A DNA stretch of 64,000 bases, from the IMG/VR virus record IMGVR_UViG_3300009031_000221, positions 288,001 through 352,000 of that record. One strand, 5' to 3'. Position 1 is the stretch's first letter. The number at the start of each line of letters is the position of its first letter. Origin of the DNA: a virus (taxonomy: Duplodnaviria > Caudoviricetes). The notes below the pieces were generated by a model. The model was not told the origin of the DNA, made no database searches, and worked only from the letters and a program-made list of their open reading frames with translations. Below, piece after piece: positions 62,955-64,000 of this stretch. A program made the position numbers and the translations under genes.

Positions 62955-63141
62955 GGGTAATCCCTTGAGATGGCACGGGTTGGTTGGATGCCGATTGTCT
63001 GCGTTCTATTTCGCTGACGATCAAATCGCGGATGACCTGTGACCAACTGCATCGGCGGCGAAGGGCCTCGGCCTTGAGCCAATCCAGTAGCTCGAAGTCA
63101 ATCCCGATTCGCGTTGCATGTTTGTTCTTCAGCGTCATCAT
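62917..63141 (-). CDS. Ribbon-helix-helix (CopG/Arc-like) DNA-binding protein
   Basis: TRIGIDFELLDWLKAEA.RR..SWSQVIRDLI. Confidence 0.65.
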   Translation of the reverse strand: MMTLKNKHATRIGIDFELLDWLKAEALRRRCSWSQVIRDLIVSEIERRQSASNQPVPSQGITHELRDLHHHEQD

Positions 63142-63191
63142 TGTCCTTGGTGTGCCTACTCAGTGTAGACTATAGATGGATTATCGGCAAT

Positions 63192-63884
63192 TCAACCGAA
63201 GTCGAAGTCGCCCAATATGTCATTGACGGTTTCTAGCCGTTCGGTTAGCTGTTTTTTGGCGGCAACTGATTCGGGAGTAGGGTCGTATTCTAATCCGGTC
63301 TGAAGCCGTTGAAATAATTTACCATTCACAAAACTGTCCGCATAGGCACCGTGACTATCGTTCAGTTCTTGAATACCCATTCTGGCGCAACATGTGATGA
63401 GCTTATTTCCATCTGGGTGTTTTGGCCACCTTGCCCGTGCCAACTTGAGAGTGTCTACCGGGTTGATGAGCGGCATCGCAATCTGTGCCGCCTCGAAGTG
63501 TGCCCGTAGGATGGGAATGTCATAGGACACGATGTTGTGACCTACCAGGGGGAGGCGTTGTGAGGCATCATTGAATGGAGATGCGTCCCATATGTTCCCA
63601 GGTTCTGATGAGGAGGCTCCGCTAGGAATCGTCCATTCCAAAGCCTTGACAATATCCGCTGCCACGTCATCGAATGATGGCATGTTCTCTACGTCACGGT
63701 CATAGATACCGTGGACTGCTGACGCGGGAGAAGGGATTGGGATGCCAGGATTGATACGCTGCAGGTACTGCTGGACTACGTTGCCTTCCGCATCCCAGGC
63801 TAGAATGCAAATCTCAACCAGCTTGCAAGTCCTTGCCAACCCAGTAGTTTCTGTGTCAATGCTGCAGAATGCAATTTCACTCAT
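63192..63884 (-). CDS. DEDDh 3'-5' exonuclease (DnaQ/Pol III epsilon-like)
   Basis: IDTETTGL, A.AVHGI, VGHN..YD, DTL.LAR, H.A..D. Confidence 0.9.
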   Translation of the reverse strand: MSEIAFCSIDTETTGLARTCKLVEICILAWDAEGNVVQQYLQRINPGIPIPSPASAVHGIYDRDVENMPSFDDVAADIVKALEWTIPSGASSSEPGNIWDASPFNDASQRLPLVGHNIVSYDIPILRAHFEAAQIAMPLINPVDTLKLARARWPKHPDGNKLITCCARMGIQELNDSHGAYADSFVNGKLFQRLQTGLEYDPTPESVAAKKQLTERLETVNDILGDFDFG

Positions 63885-64000
63885 TACTTCACCTTCAGGT
63901 CAGGATATAGGGCACGAATTTCTGGGGGCGTGTTGATGGACAATACTGCCTCATCGAATGTGCCCTCAACTGTCAAACATGTATTCTGGGAATCCCCATT

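Noticed and set aside
6309-63141. Long opposite-strand or alternate-frame ORFs (e.g. 6309-6842, 8499-9161, 22171-22824, 36355-37137, 40837-41712, 45124-45828, 48960-49571, 57395-58093, 62059-62751)
   Set aside because: Shadows of well-supported genes, with no motifs or RBS
1-64000. CRISPR array, tRNA or rRNA genes
   Set aside because: No regularly spaced direct repeats, no cloverleaf or T-loop consensus in the few intergenic gaps, and no rRNA-like sequence seen by eye; tRNAscan-SE would be decisive
1-64000. Alternative genetic code (stop-codon reassignment)
   Set aside because: Recognisable genes are full-length under the standard code and end at TAA, TAG and TGA alike

Overview
This window is best read as a 64-kb segment of a large (jumbo-type) tailed bacteriophage genome using the standard genetic code. 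It is gene-dense, translationally coupled, and mostly accessory. Support: rIIA/rIIB, a terminase-ATPase-like ORF, DUF2793/Ig/LamG virion-type proteins, a sigma-70-like factor, four free-standing endonucleases (two HNH, LAGLIDADG, GIY-YIG) and two DEDD exonucleases. I saw no tRNA, rRNA or CRISPR array. Standout observations: (1) about 24 tandem, highly diverged small acidic paralogs sharing a W-x-[DE]-x-x-K-x-[FWY] motif (51.4-57.7 kb), directly downstream of a BCS1-like AAA ATPase; (2) a second six-gene array sharing D-x-x-D-x-x-G-[WF]-x-S (39.9-44.2 kb); (3) truncated or chimeric copies of core phage proteins in the accessory region (terminase ATPase with altered Walker A and no nuclease, a Tat-signal/major-capsid-like protein, capsid-N-helix-like proteins, a Tat/PolA-motif-B/RecA-like chimera), possibly decoys; (4) a monomeric mitochondrial-type PheRS flanked by MazG-like and HD (alarmone hydrolase-like) genes, plus a bL12-like protein; (5) a bipartite promoter-like motif RCTTACTT-N12-GCGTA in ten strong copies, a candidate regulon of the phage sigma factor. 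All family calls come from motif recognition by eye, with no database search.
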